DNA of 64,000 nt, taken from NCBI GenBank assembly GCA_050084985.1, contig JBITNC010000001.1:154690001-154754000 (forward strand). The letters are read 5' to 3'. Made by a program: the position numbers and the translations under genes. This document shows, one piece after another, positions 14,895 to 25,804 of the stretch (position 1 is the stretch's first letter; each line of letters begins with the position of its first letter). This DNA is from Nageia nagi (lineage: Eukaryota > Plantae > Pinophyta). The notes beneath the pieces were generated by a model. That model worked only from the letters and a program-made list of their open reading frames with translations. It did not search any database and had not been told where the DNA came from.

Positions 14895-15395
14895 GTGTTA
14901 GTTCAGTGCATCTGAAGGCATCTAACATAAGCCTACTCTCCTCCTTTGATGTTAAGTATTTGGTTAGTGCATCTTAAGGCACCCAACATATTTAGTTATA
15001 GTCCACTTGAAGCACTTAACATAATCTCACTTTGCATAGAATTTGAAGGCAGTCGATAGTAACTTGCTTTGCTCCATGTGAAGTGTGTTAGTTTAGTGTA
15101 TTATGAAGCACCCAACATAGGTAGTTCTAGTGTAATTAAGGTACCCAAAAATATTTGTAACCTCCTTGTAAGAAATATTATTGGTTTAATGCTATTGAAG
15201 CACCCAACATGACTAGATTAGTGCAATCTAAGCACCCAAAAAAAGTGCACACTCCAGTTTTACTAAAAAGTGTTACATTAGTGTAACATAACACACCCAA
15301 TACATTTTTTATTCTTCTCATGATGAAAAATATTGGATTAGTGCAAAATAATGCACTAAACATTGCCATATTAATTCAATCAAAGCACTCAATAG
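14895..15395. repeat. Array of ~11 degenerate TTAGTGCAnnnnAAGGCACCCAACA motifs with variable spacers (again at ~17910-18345; remnant at 12400-12515)
   Basis: Seen directly; the array fills the non-coding internal domain of the tandem LTR element. Confidence 0.8.
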
Positions 15396-15559
15396 GAGAC
15401 AAATGAAATTAATGGCATAGGTGGAGTGCATATAGAAGGTCAAGATGAATACAAGGAGAAGCTAAGCTAAGCTGAAGATGATATTACTCCCCCTTAATAT
15501 CATAACATCATTGAAATAGGATCACTAAACCCAACTAGATAGAACAATCTTTGATACCA

Positions 15560-17860
15560 TGTTAGAATTTTGAAGTCAGCATACTCCAAGGCTGGTGAAC
15601 AAGGCATAAAGGCTCTAATACTAATTGAAGATTTGATATTACCAGATACCAAGCACTAATAAAAAGTGAATTTTGACCCAAGATAACCTTTTTAGATGCA
15701 AAATAATGTAGAAATAAAAATTCTATAGTTTTAAGAGTTTTTGGTCACTTGGAACTTGCTAGAACTTTGAGAAAGTCAAAACTCAATGCAATGTGGAAAT
15801 GCTAGGGTTCTAATAGTTTTGGGTTGGCTAGAATTTGTTAGACCTTTAGGAAATAAAATTTCAATATTTGTCATGCTTTGCATTTCAAATTTTTCAAGAA
15901 TTATAGGAAAGTTAAAATTTTTGAAAAGTTAAAAATTCTAGAAAAATTAAGAGTGTGACTTTTGAGGGCTATAACATGGCCTAATTTGAAGGTTCATTAA
16001 CCACCAATTGATGAATTTAAGTAGTAGCTTTGAAGAAGAGAGGTTCATTAACCATTAGTTAATCAACTCATATAGCATAATGCTTTGATAAGTTCAATAT
16101 AAGAGCTATATATATCCAAGAGTGTCAATTTAAAGTTCCAAACCAAATTGGACCATTCCAAGCCATGCACATATATTTTTGCAATTCAAAGGAACTAAGT
16201 TAGCAAGGCAAGTTTTAAAGTGTGGATTCAAACCAAAAACATAAATTATAGAATTCAAAGTTTAAATTCCACATATATTTCTATATTTAAAAGGATAATG
16301 ATAATAACAAGGTGGATCTAGAGTGCAAAATTGAGCTAAAAATATAGAATTCAAAAGACATTAGTAGGCATATCTGAAATGTAGATTTTAGTTAGGTTTT
16401 GAGATGCAATTTTCAAGGCCCATAACTTTTTTACTTCTCAATTAAACCTAGCATCACCCATCAAAATGATCAACATGAAATTATCTATACAACAGTGAGG
16501 GTCCAAAAGAATTTGAAAATTTTGGAGGTGTATAAAGTTATCTACAAGAAAGAGACTTCATCGGGTTTAGGATCAAGATTATGAAAAAAAAACAAGTATG
16601 AAGATGTATTTTTTGAGTGTATTATACCAAAAATGTATGAATATAAATATGTTTAAATTAGGAATCCAAAATAAAAGGAATCACATAAAAAGGAGGTCTA
16701 GAATGAAAGATACAACCTTTAGAAGTAAATTGGTCCTGTATAAAGGTAGTTTGGGACAACAATGAATAACCTTGAATCTAATGCTCAAAATAAAAAACTA
16801 ACAGATTTCCACATGGTTAAAATGACCCCAAATAGCTAACAATTAATATGGAAGAGACTTAGATCACTCCTATAAAATATGAAAATGTTTTAGTATGCAC
16901 ACTAGCCTTGAAAAGAGAAAATAAACTACACAACCATAACGAAAAAAAAAGCTCTATGAATATACACCATGAGATGGATAAAATATTCTCTGTATTGACT
17001 CAAATACATGATAAAAATATCATCTTCATGGGTAACAATTAATGGACTCTTTCACATACAAAATATGATGGTTCAATGTAATAGAGACACCCACCACCTC
17101 CATACACAACATAAACTGCAATGGTCTTCATACAACTAAGTGGTACCACCAACACTCATAGATATGCATATGGATAAGGAAGATAACCATATAATACTTA
17201 AGGAAATAAAGAAACAACCATGAACTACTTAAGGTAAGGTAGTAATCCATACAAAGTGGTACCACCAACACATACGGGTCCTCTTATGGACAAGGCAAAC
17301 AATCGAGATTCTACAAATATCAACTGAATGCACTTTCCTCTCTATAATGCAATAAGAGGAGGATAAGGGATCAATGAGTTACAATATAAGCATCATGAAA
17401 TTGCAACAGCTAATCCTTCAATGAATGAAGAAAAATAGTCTATTTATAGAAGAACTCCATGAGCTAGGTAGGGAAATGTTGGAGAAGCTTACTATGGAGC
17501 TGTTCAAGTAGTAATGGTACTTGTTGACTTAAATACTCTAGGTGGTAAATATTTAATGAAGGAGTGAAGGTTTTTAGAGAGTAGTACAAAAAGTGGAGTA
17601 TTGCAGTGACTATGGGATGGCACATCATGCTTACTTGTAGAAGAATTCTATCAAACTAGATCTGATTTGATGTCATCAAATGGAGAAGTCAAAAGAAGAT
17701 ATAAATGTCTTCACTAAATAATGTTGTAAGTTACAATTTGGAGGGGGCTGACAAATATATTTTTAATAAACCTACATGCTCTAAGGTTAGCAAATAAAAT
17801 TCCTCAATCCATGGATAAAACCATTGCAACATTAAAATATAAGGAAATAAATTTCCTTCA
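15560..17860 (-). repeat. Complete ~2.3-kb LTR copy (others at ~10104-12350, ~12516-14849, partial 18509-19175)
   Basis: TG...CA termini, bounded by a PBS on one side and a PPT on the other. Minus-strand TATA-like CTATAAAT at ~17445. Confidence 0.7.
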
Positions 17861-20279
17861 TTTTGCCCCTTAATGTAAAATGTTTTATACTCTATAGCTA
17901 AATAAGTGGTTATTAAGTGCATTTGAAGGAACACAACATAATCCATTTATAGTGCACTTGAAGTGCCCAATACAAGCTCATGCTATGTAGAATTTGAAGG
18001 TTCCCAATAATAACTCACTTTGCTCCATGTGAAGTGTGTTGGCTTGATGCATTATGAAGCATCCAACACAACTTATCATAGTGCAATCAAGGAACCTAAT
18101 AGAATTTGTAACTTACTTCGATGAAAAAGTATTGGTTTAGTTCTACTAAAGCATCCAACATGGTCAAATTAGTGCAATTTGAGCACCCAACAAAAGTGAA
18201 CACTTCATTTTTGCTAAAAAGTGTTGGATCAATGCAACACAAGGCACCCAACATAGCTTTTTGTTCTCCTCCTGATGTAAATGTCAGTTTAGTGCAATGC
18301 AAGGTACCCAACATGACTAAATTAATGCAATCAAAGCACAATAGAAGGAAAACAACATGAATGATATAAGCATAGTGCATATAGGATGTCAAGATGAATA
18401 CAAGGAGAAGTTCAGGTAAGCTAAAGAGTATATTACTCCCCCTTAAAATCATCACAATATCAAAACATGATCATTAAACTTATCCATATCAAACATACTT
18501 TGATACCATGTTAAAATTTTGAAATCACCATAGTCCAAGGATGGTGAACAACACACAAAGGCTTTATACCAATTGAAGATTTGATATTCCCAAACACAAA
18601 GAACTAATGAAAAAAGAATCAAAACCTAAGATAACCTTTCCATATACAAAATATTGTAGAATTGAAAATGAAAACATTTTAGGAGTTTCTAGTCATTTGG
18701 AACTTACTAGAACTCTAGGAAAGTCAAACCTTAGTGGAATGTGAAAATGCCAAAGTTTTGATGGTTTTTGATCAACTAGAATTTATTGTACCTTTAAGAA
18801 AATCAAATGTTCAATATCAATTATACTTTGCATGTTGAACTTTTCCAAAATTATAGGAAAGTTAAAATTTCCAAAAAAGTTAAAAATTCTAAAAAAAATT
18901 TAGAGGCTAAGTTTGGAGGGTTGTAACTTGGCTTAATTTGAAGGTTCATCAACCACTAGTTGATGAACTCAAGTAGTAGCTTTGAAGAAGAGAGGTTCAC
19001 TAACCACTAGTTAATGAATTCATCTAACATAATCTTTCATAGGATTACTACAAGTGTTTTGGATCTCCTAGAGTATCAATTTGAAGTTTTAAAGCAAATA
19101 CAAACCATTCCAAGCCATGCACACATATGTTTTTGCAATCTAGAGGAGCTAAGTCAGCAAGTAAAGATTTAGAGATTGAAGATAAACAAAATCTAAAATT
19201 TATTAAAGAGGTTAGTTTAGGAACATATAAATTTGATAATATTAATATATTTTAATCCTTCAAGGATCTTGGAAAACTATTATCTTCAAAAGAACATGCA
19301 TGCCAATGTAGAAAGGTACATCAATGTATATAAACTTTTAAAAATTATAAGCTAGAAAAAATAGTTAGCTTTTATATCAAGAGAAATTCAAAAAATAGCT
19401 TTAGTTGTTAAGATATCAGAGATATTAGATATAAAATCATCTCAACAAGGAGCAACATAAAAGAGAAAGTAAGTTTACACTTGGATGGTATGAAAATGAA
19501 TTTTGATTTCATTATAAATTACTTAATTGGTATGATTATAAAGGAAAAATATTAGGGAAGAATAATAAAGGAATTCAATCTTTCCACCTCATGAATTGGG
19601 ATAACCAAATAGGAATATCAAACTAGAGTATAATGAGACTTTGATTAAGTAAGAATGATATGCATGTCGATGAAATTTTAGATTGGTTTTTGGATGCAAG
19701 AAAGCTATTTTTTATTAATATGTTCTAATAGTACCATGCTTTCTTTGAATTTAGTGGTGCTATAACCAAATTCTTGAAATAAATTGAAAGTGAGATTCTA
19801 ATATTTTCTTGAACCCCCATGGTTATTTTAAATATAAAAAGGAAATATAAAGGATTTAATAAGCTTTCCCCTATGATATTCTTCCTAGTTTATGTAGAGT
19901 AGAAGTAGCACTATGTAGATAGAGGGCCTGTATTTACTAAAAGTAATATGATACATATTTTCTAAGAAAATTAATGCTTGAAGTTTGATGTGTAGGGTTG
20001 GGAGTGTTGCCTATCCCTGCCTAGTTATTGAAATAATGATATATATTTTTTGAATGAATAAATAATAGTAATGCTCAAACTTTAAGATGTATTTAATTGC
20101 TTTTATGAAGATATGTATGGTTTGTATCTAAATTTTGTGACTCTAAGTTTTATTTTAAACAAAGATGTCAAGCTAAGTTAGTAAAAGCAAAGAAGTATTC
20201 ATCATAGAAATTCCATATTATTAAAGATAAAATTTGAAAAATACTTTAAGATTAGTTTTAAAAGACTAATTTATTATTC

Positions 20280-21100
20280 TCCATGGTTTCAAATATTTTA
20301 CCTACGACAAAACTAGATGGTGAGATAAGATGTTGCACTAATTTTAGTAATATGATAATCATATTTTATGATTCAATTTATTTGTTATTTTGAAGTTTAT
20401 GTAGATGATATATTGGCAAAATCCAAGAGGAAGAAGGACTACCTTAGAAATTTGAGAATGATATTTGAAAGATTGAGGATGTATAAATTGGGATCAAAGC
20501 CCCAAAAGTGTGCTATTGAAGTTTTTAGTAATATTAAGCTTCACTTCATTTTTCAAGAATAGGTATTGAAGTAGATCCCAAGTAGGTAAAATCTATTAAA
20601 GACATACCTCCTAGAAATTTAAAAGAACTAACAATTACTTAAGGTAAAGCACTAGAAATTAGAATATTTATTACTTAACTGGATAATAGAACTATGATAG
20701 TATGTTATTTATTGAAAACAAATGTAAAATTTATTTAAGATAAAAAATGACATAAAGACTTTGAAGATATAAAGAATTACCTTTATAATGCTCCCATTTA
20801 AGTTTCTCTTCATGGAGAAAAGTCTCTTTTATTGCATATCTAATTTGAAATCCTTAGATGCAATGCTTGTCTAAAATGATTTGAGTATAGAGAAAGAACA
20901 ATATATTATATTAATAAAATACAAATAGATTATGAGATAAGGTAAACTCTCATTGAGAAATAATATTTTGATGAGAAATTAATACATTATTTATTGAATA
21001 ATATAACTTATATTATTTCTTGTGTTGATACTCTTATATATTTTATGCCTAAACCTCAACTTTTCAGAAAGGAATATGAAATTGGTAATGTTGTTTAGAG
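20280..21100 (+). pseudogene. RT / RNase H relic of the Tat-like element, with an internal deletion
   Basis: YVDD motif in ORF 20368..20562. The segment normally between the DFRDLN-like motif and YVDD (including MPFGL) is missing. Confidence 0.8.
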
Positions 21101-21142
21101 AATTTGAATTAGTAGTATGAAAATGTAATATTTTATTATAGA

Positions 21143-21415
21143 ATGGAAGATCTTAGCAGTAGTAATGGAGGGTGTGTAGCTCAAAGAGAAGAACAAGGGG
21201 AGAAGATATATGAGAATTTGAATTTGTTTGATTCACATAAGGGCTATGGATTCATAACCCTTAATGATGGCAATAAAGATTTGTTTATGCATAAAATATC
21301 CATCATTTCTAGTGGTTACAAATCCATAGTAAAAAGGGATTTTGTAGAATTTTTTATGGAGTAAGATATTGATGATAGAACTAAGGCATAGGATGTAGCA
21401 ATAACAAATGGGGGT
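21143..21415 (+). pseudogene. Cold-shock domain at the N-terminus of the retroposon ORF
   Basis: LFDSHKGYGFITLNDGNKDLFMHKISIISSGYKSIVKRDFVEFFME*DIDDRTKA*DV contains the CSD RNP1 (KGYGFI) and RNP2 (LFMH) motifs and the plant CSP-type ending R.KA.DV. Confidence 0.9.
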
Positions 21416-21699
21416 AGTAGCTTGAAATCCTTGTACAAATATGATAATGGTCATAACATTATAGTGTTTGAAAATGGATGATAGGGAAAAAAAGGTGGGA
21501 ACAAAGTAGCATTTAAAAATGAACAACAAAGAAATAAGGATGTGAGTAGACATTCCCTAGCCCCCTAGGTAGTAAATTCCTTACCTTAGAATAAATATCT
21601 CTTTCACATATGCAATCCTCAAAAGAACAATCAACCAAAATCATGGCCATGTCCACTTATTCAAAACTAATCCATTCAAAAATGAGTTTTTATGTAGGC

Positions 21700-22330
21700 T
21701 TGCATCTAAGGATATCCCTCTCATTCAACTAGATATCTTAGATATTAATAATGAAATAACTCTACTAGAATCCATGATACTAATATGCAAATTCCTTATC
21801 TCCCTTATGTCACTAAAAGTAGTAGAAACATGGGTGACATCCCATTAGAACACTAGGGGGAATACTCCATCAAATACTATGCCTAGAATTTTTACTTCAT
21901 GATTACCTTCACCTTTGAGGAGGATTATGATGTTACATTTCAAAATGGTCCTTGATTTCATGGAAGAATGTATCTATTCATGAAACCATGATATATTACT
22001 TTCAAAGCCAAAAATGAAGCAACAAAAACTGCTCTAGTTTAGGTAAGACTTCTTTCCTTTCCATGTGACTTTTAGAAAGAGTCTACACTCTCTATTATTG
22101 GAAATTTCATAGGATAATACATGAAATCCTAATACCTCATACATGAATGTACAAACCTAACCTATGCATACATCAATATATACATCAACATGTAATCTCC
22201 TCTTTTGGAGAAAATTCAAATTCAAAATAATGGGACTATTAGTACCCAACTCATTGATTATGAAAATATTACTTTTTGATATTAAATATGCAATGAATAT
22301 AAGAATTTTATATGCAAATACCCCAATTCC
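21700..22330 (+). pseudogene. Plant L1 ORF1 core: DUF4283 plus CX2CX4HX4C zinc knuckle, degenerate
   Basis: ILICKF..SLKVVETW, NGP*FHGRMYLFMKP*, ALV*VRLLSFPCDF*, LSIIGNFIG, QLIDYENITF*Y*ICNEYKNFICKYP. Several of the stops fall at conserved Trp positions. Confidence 0.85.
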
Positions 22331-24149
22331 CCTCATGAGGATCCATAATCTTATTTATAACCAACCCTACAACATAACCCACCAATAGTCCAAGAGCATA
22401 GAGAACACCTTACCTAAGCAAATGACTAAAACTTCCTAAAGAAGGAAATCTAAACCATTGAAATCCCCATGCCCATAGCTGATTCAAATTATATTATAGT
22501 TGTAAAAAATCCCAACCAAAGTACATGGGTAAATGAACTATAAGTACAAGAAAAAGTATAAAAACAAAGAATGAAGCAAAGAAGGAAGAGAAGGAAGAAG
22601 AAGACAAAATAGAGAATCAAGAAGAAGAAGATGAAAGAAAAGATGAAAAAAATGAGGATGAAGGGATAATGAAGAAGATAATAAATAATAAGTGGACACA
22701 AAGGAATAAGAGGAAGAAATAAATGAAAAACTAAAAAAATAAATTATAAAGAGCTGCAAACTAAAGTGAAAAGGGTAGGAAACAAAAAATGGTAGTAGTG
22801 AAGGTCTATTCCATAATGGAGGAACTATTAGAAAAATATCTAAATGAAAGTGAAATAAAAATGCTTAAAATGTATGATAAAATCTATGAGAAAATATGGG
22901 AAAATATTTTCAATTATGCATAGGAAAGGAACTAGGAGATGTAAAACATGCTTACTCCTATGAAAAGTACATGATACCAAAGGAAAAAATGTTACCACAC
23001 ATGATAAATAACAAAAGAGGAAATTAAAATAGTGGATAAAGAATAAAAGAGATAACTTGTTTCTTGTTATTGTAGTTGGTATTTATGAGGTTTGTTTATG
23101 TTCAAGGCTAGCAAAATAGAGCAACAAGGAAGGCTTAAGTAGACTAGAATAGGTAGCTTTATTATGGTAATTTGGAGTTTAATTCATATTTTTGTGGATG
23201 CTCAATAATTTTTTAAAATAAAAAACTATAGTTTTATAAAATAATTATTTTTAGTCCTACCCTTTTACTGTATGTAAGTATGTTGTAATAGCATATGATC
23301 TTGATCAGAAAGCCTATGGATGTTCTATATGTGAACAATAGAGTATAATGCAACATGATAGGAAAAATAGGCTTCTTGATTAATAAAATTGAAGGTAAAA
23401 TATTGTAAATGTTTTTGGAGATCCTCTAAAAATCCAAATTTTTTTATTAATAAAAAGTAACCCTGTTAATAAAAGAGAGAATTTGACTTGGTAATGATTT
23501 CATAAAATTCTATCAAAGGGTAATCTATAGTAGATTTCATGGAAACTCATCCTAAATATGATTCTTCCTTGATCAATAAAGAAATTCTAGATGGATTTGC
23601 AAGAAGTACAAACAAGTTATAGGATGTGAAGGTACAAGCAATGAATCAACACTCAATACCCAAAGAAGAGTTCCCAAAGGTATTCATTTGGTTTATAAAA
23701 TATGATGAAAAAATACTTTATTTTAATGGTTCATTATTCAATAGTAAAGGATTATAAATTATTGTTGTGAACCATAATGGTGATTTGATCCCCAATATAT
23801 ATTGAGGTTTGAATCTATGGACAACATGATGAAATATGAAGCCTTGATTTTGGGAATAAAAGCTACAATTCTCCTGAATGTGAAAGAGATAAAGGTGTTT
23901 AAACATTATTAATTAGTTTGCAAGAAAGTGGATGAGGTTTACAACACCAAAAATGAGAAACTACAACAATTTAAGAAGATGGTATCTAACCTCCTTATGT
24001 ATTTGTAGGAGTATGACATTAAAAACATTCATAGAGAAAAAAAAAAGATATGTATATGTAGTGGTGATTTGTAAATATTTTAAAGTTATTCTATTCTAGA
24101 TATCATCAAATAGAAATTTATTTACTTAATCCTTTTATGTCTAGTTTTA

Positions 24150-25236
24150 TGAATTCATATGATTATCCACAAACATTAATAAACAATAAAAATAAAATAA
24201 TAGTAAATGAAATATAAATCATATCCACAAAATTAAGATATCAAGATTTATTATGGTTCACCCAATATTGGTTACTTTAGCATGGCTTATCATGATTAAT
24301 ATCTTAGATCAATAAAGAATTTTAATTATAATAGGAATATGGAGATTCAATTACATCCAACAATCATACATCCCATTATTTTGTTAGAAAAATTCCATCT
24401 CAACTCTCTAATAGTTTTAAATGGATTTCTTTATTAGAAAGAAATCAAGAAAGGTCCATAAAATGGTTATTACATCAATCAATCTTAACCAATCCCAACT
24501 AAATATGACTAGAAAGATTAAATAATAAATATGGATAGAAAAATTGAATAGGTAAAATGGACTTCTCCTGGAAGAAAAATAGTTAACTTCCCAAAATACT
24601 AAGAACTACCCAAAACTTATTCAACTTCCTTTGCAACTACTCTATTGTCTCATCATTGATACTAGCAAACATGTTTAAGTAACTAAAATGATACATATCC
24701 CTTGGTTAGGTAATAGATTGTTACAAGACTAGTTCATAGTCTTGTTTATGATAAAAACCTCAAGACTACTCCTAAATGCTTTTTATACTAAAAAATCTAA
24801 TCCTTGATAATCACATAATGAGAACATGAAGCTCAATGTTGGTGTTGCTTGTAGCATTGGTAATGTTTAAAGTAATGGTACTAAGTTATATTATACAAAA
24901 TATCATAAAATGAAAAGCACATATTAGAAATAAGTATGAATACCCCTTCCAATAATATTCACTCCTTGAATTTGATCTTAATATCATGCCTCCCTAATGA
25001 CAAGGCTTTTTACCCCTAAAGGATTTTATCATTGTAAAATACAAGGAAATAAATCCTCTCCTATAGGTTTCTTATACCATTTTTCTAAGTTAGAATCATG
25101 TTCTTTCAACATAATTAACCAAAGTTCCTATTTTTCTTTTCCATGTTGTATGAACCTTTTTATTATAAAATTGTATCCTCCCCAAGTTCATTCATAGTTA
25201 TTGGAGATAAATCATCAATTGATGGAAAAAATTAAC
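24150..25236 (-). mobile_element. Gypsy 3' fragment (integrase tail, PPT, LTR), same family as the element at 400-2450
   Basis: The reverse complement of ~24987-25236 aligns by eye with ~1525-1772. PPT at 24987-24996; LTR edge CA at 24986. Left boundary approximate. Confidence 0.7.
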
Positions 25237-25804
25237 TAGAGAAAATTTTAAAACATCATATAAAAAAGATTTTCATATGATTGATGAATTTATTTTTCTC
25301 AAGATTCAGTAATTAGTGATTTTCTTGCAAAGATGCATGAAGGAATGGTTAATATAATTTTGAGGAAAATACAAGGTATTTTTTTGTGAATTTATCTGGC
25401 ATGCATTATTATTGATTGAAAGTGCCATTGGATGGTGATGTAATAGCCACTATATGGTTGCATTTGTAACCATATGGTGGTTCTTATCATTGTTTAGTAT
25501 CACTTATCACTATTTGGTTGTAACTTTTTCCATCCTTACATTTTGTATTGCAACCAACCAGTTGCACCCTAATGTCAATCAATAGGAGTTCCAAGGTATA
25601 ATGAAATTAATGTAGAATGTGTGGGGCTTTATAAATATCTATGAAAAGTCAATTTTGTGTACATTTTAAAATCCTTCTTCTCTTATAGCTCTTCCCTTAT
25701 TATAATTCCTTCCAAGTTACCTCCCACCCTATTCATTCTATTCATACCTTGAAATAATCAACCACCATCTATGTGTTTCCAATTATTTTGTTATAAGTTC
25801 AATC

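Larger units (their letters stand above)
10104..19175 (-). mobile_element. Tandem array of a non-autonomous LTR element (LTR-internal-LTR-internal-LTR-internal-partial LTR)
   Basis: Four homologous starts (TGAAGTCACCATACTCCAA..GGTGAACAA) near 10104, 12520, 15570 and 18520. Minus-strand tRNA-iMet PBS TGGTATCAAAG at 15549-15559 and 18498-18508. Minus-strand PPT followed by TGAAGG at 12351, 14850 and 17861. No coding motifs seen. Confidence 0.8.
21115..23475 (+). mobile_element. Non-autonomous LINE-derived retroposon (ORF1 only) with a target-site duplication
   Basis: Flanked by AGAGAATTTGAATTAGTA (21097-21114) and AGAGAATTTGACTTGGTA (23476-23493), duplicating the host REFDL codons. Ends in AATAAAAG. 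No endonuclease or RT motifs recognised. Confidence 0.8.
7930..24150 (+). mobile_element. Decayed Tat/Ogre-like Ty3/gypsy internal region (gag, protease, RT, RNase H) interrupted by nested insertions
   Basis: Gag-like LIGDALKLYF (~8690); knuckle-like FCIYQSVHSHITNICTYLRKMLHKLLNDG (~9280); protease tail LLLGIPWIHVMKA (~10010); RT VSNILP..LDGEIRCCTNF (~20285) and EVYVDDILAKS (~20390); REFDL..NSIKG.SIVDF (~23480); second RNase H-like region ~23710-24060. Both ends are approximate. Confidence 0.8.

Noticed and set aside
15487-15495. AAGGGGGAG (minus strand; also 18436-18444) as the functional PPT, implying a 73-bp internal region
   Set aside because: It is followed by TA in both copies, whereas the tracts at 12351, 14850 and 17861 are all followed by TGAAGG. 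Disfavoured but not excluded.
14895-18345. CRISPR array
   Set aside because: The repeats are degenerate, spacers vary in length and recur between copies, there are no cas genes, and the context is a eukaryotic LTR element.
21143-21364. Functional host or bacterial cold-shock gene
   Set aside because: It has in-frame stops, has lost the conserved Trp of KWF, and lies inside a TSD-flanked retroposon.
22489-22759. Phe/Leu-rich minus-strand ORFs resembling membrane proteins
   Set aside because: Antisense shadow of the GAA-rich retroposon tail.
25195-25236. TAGTTATTGGAGA as the outer hAT TIR
   Set aside because: It aligns with the gypsy integrase tail; the hAT unit starts at 25237.
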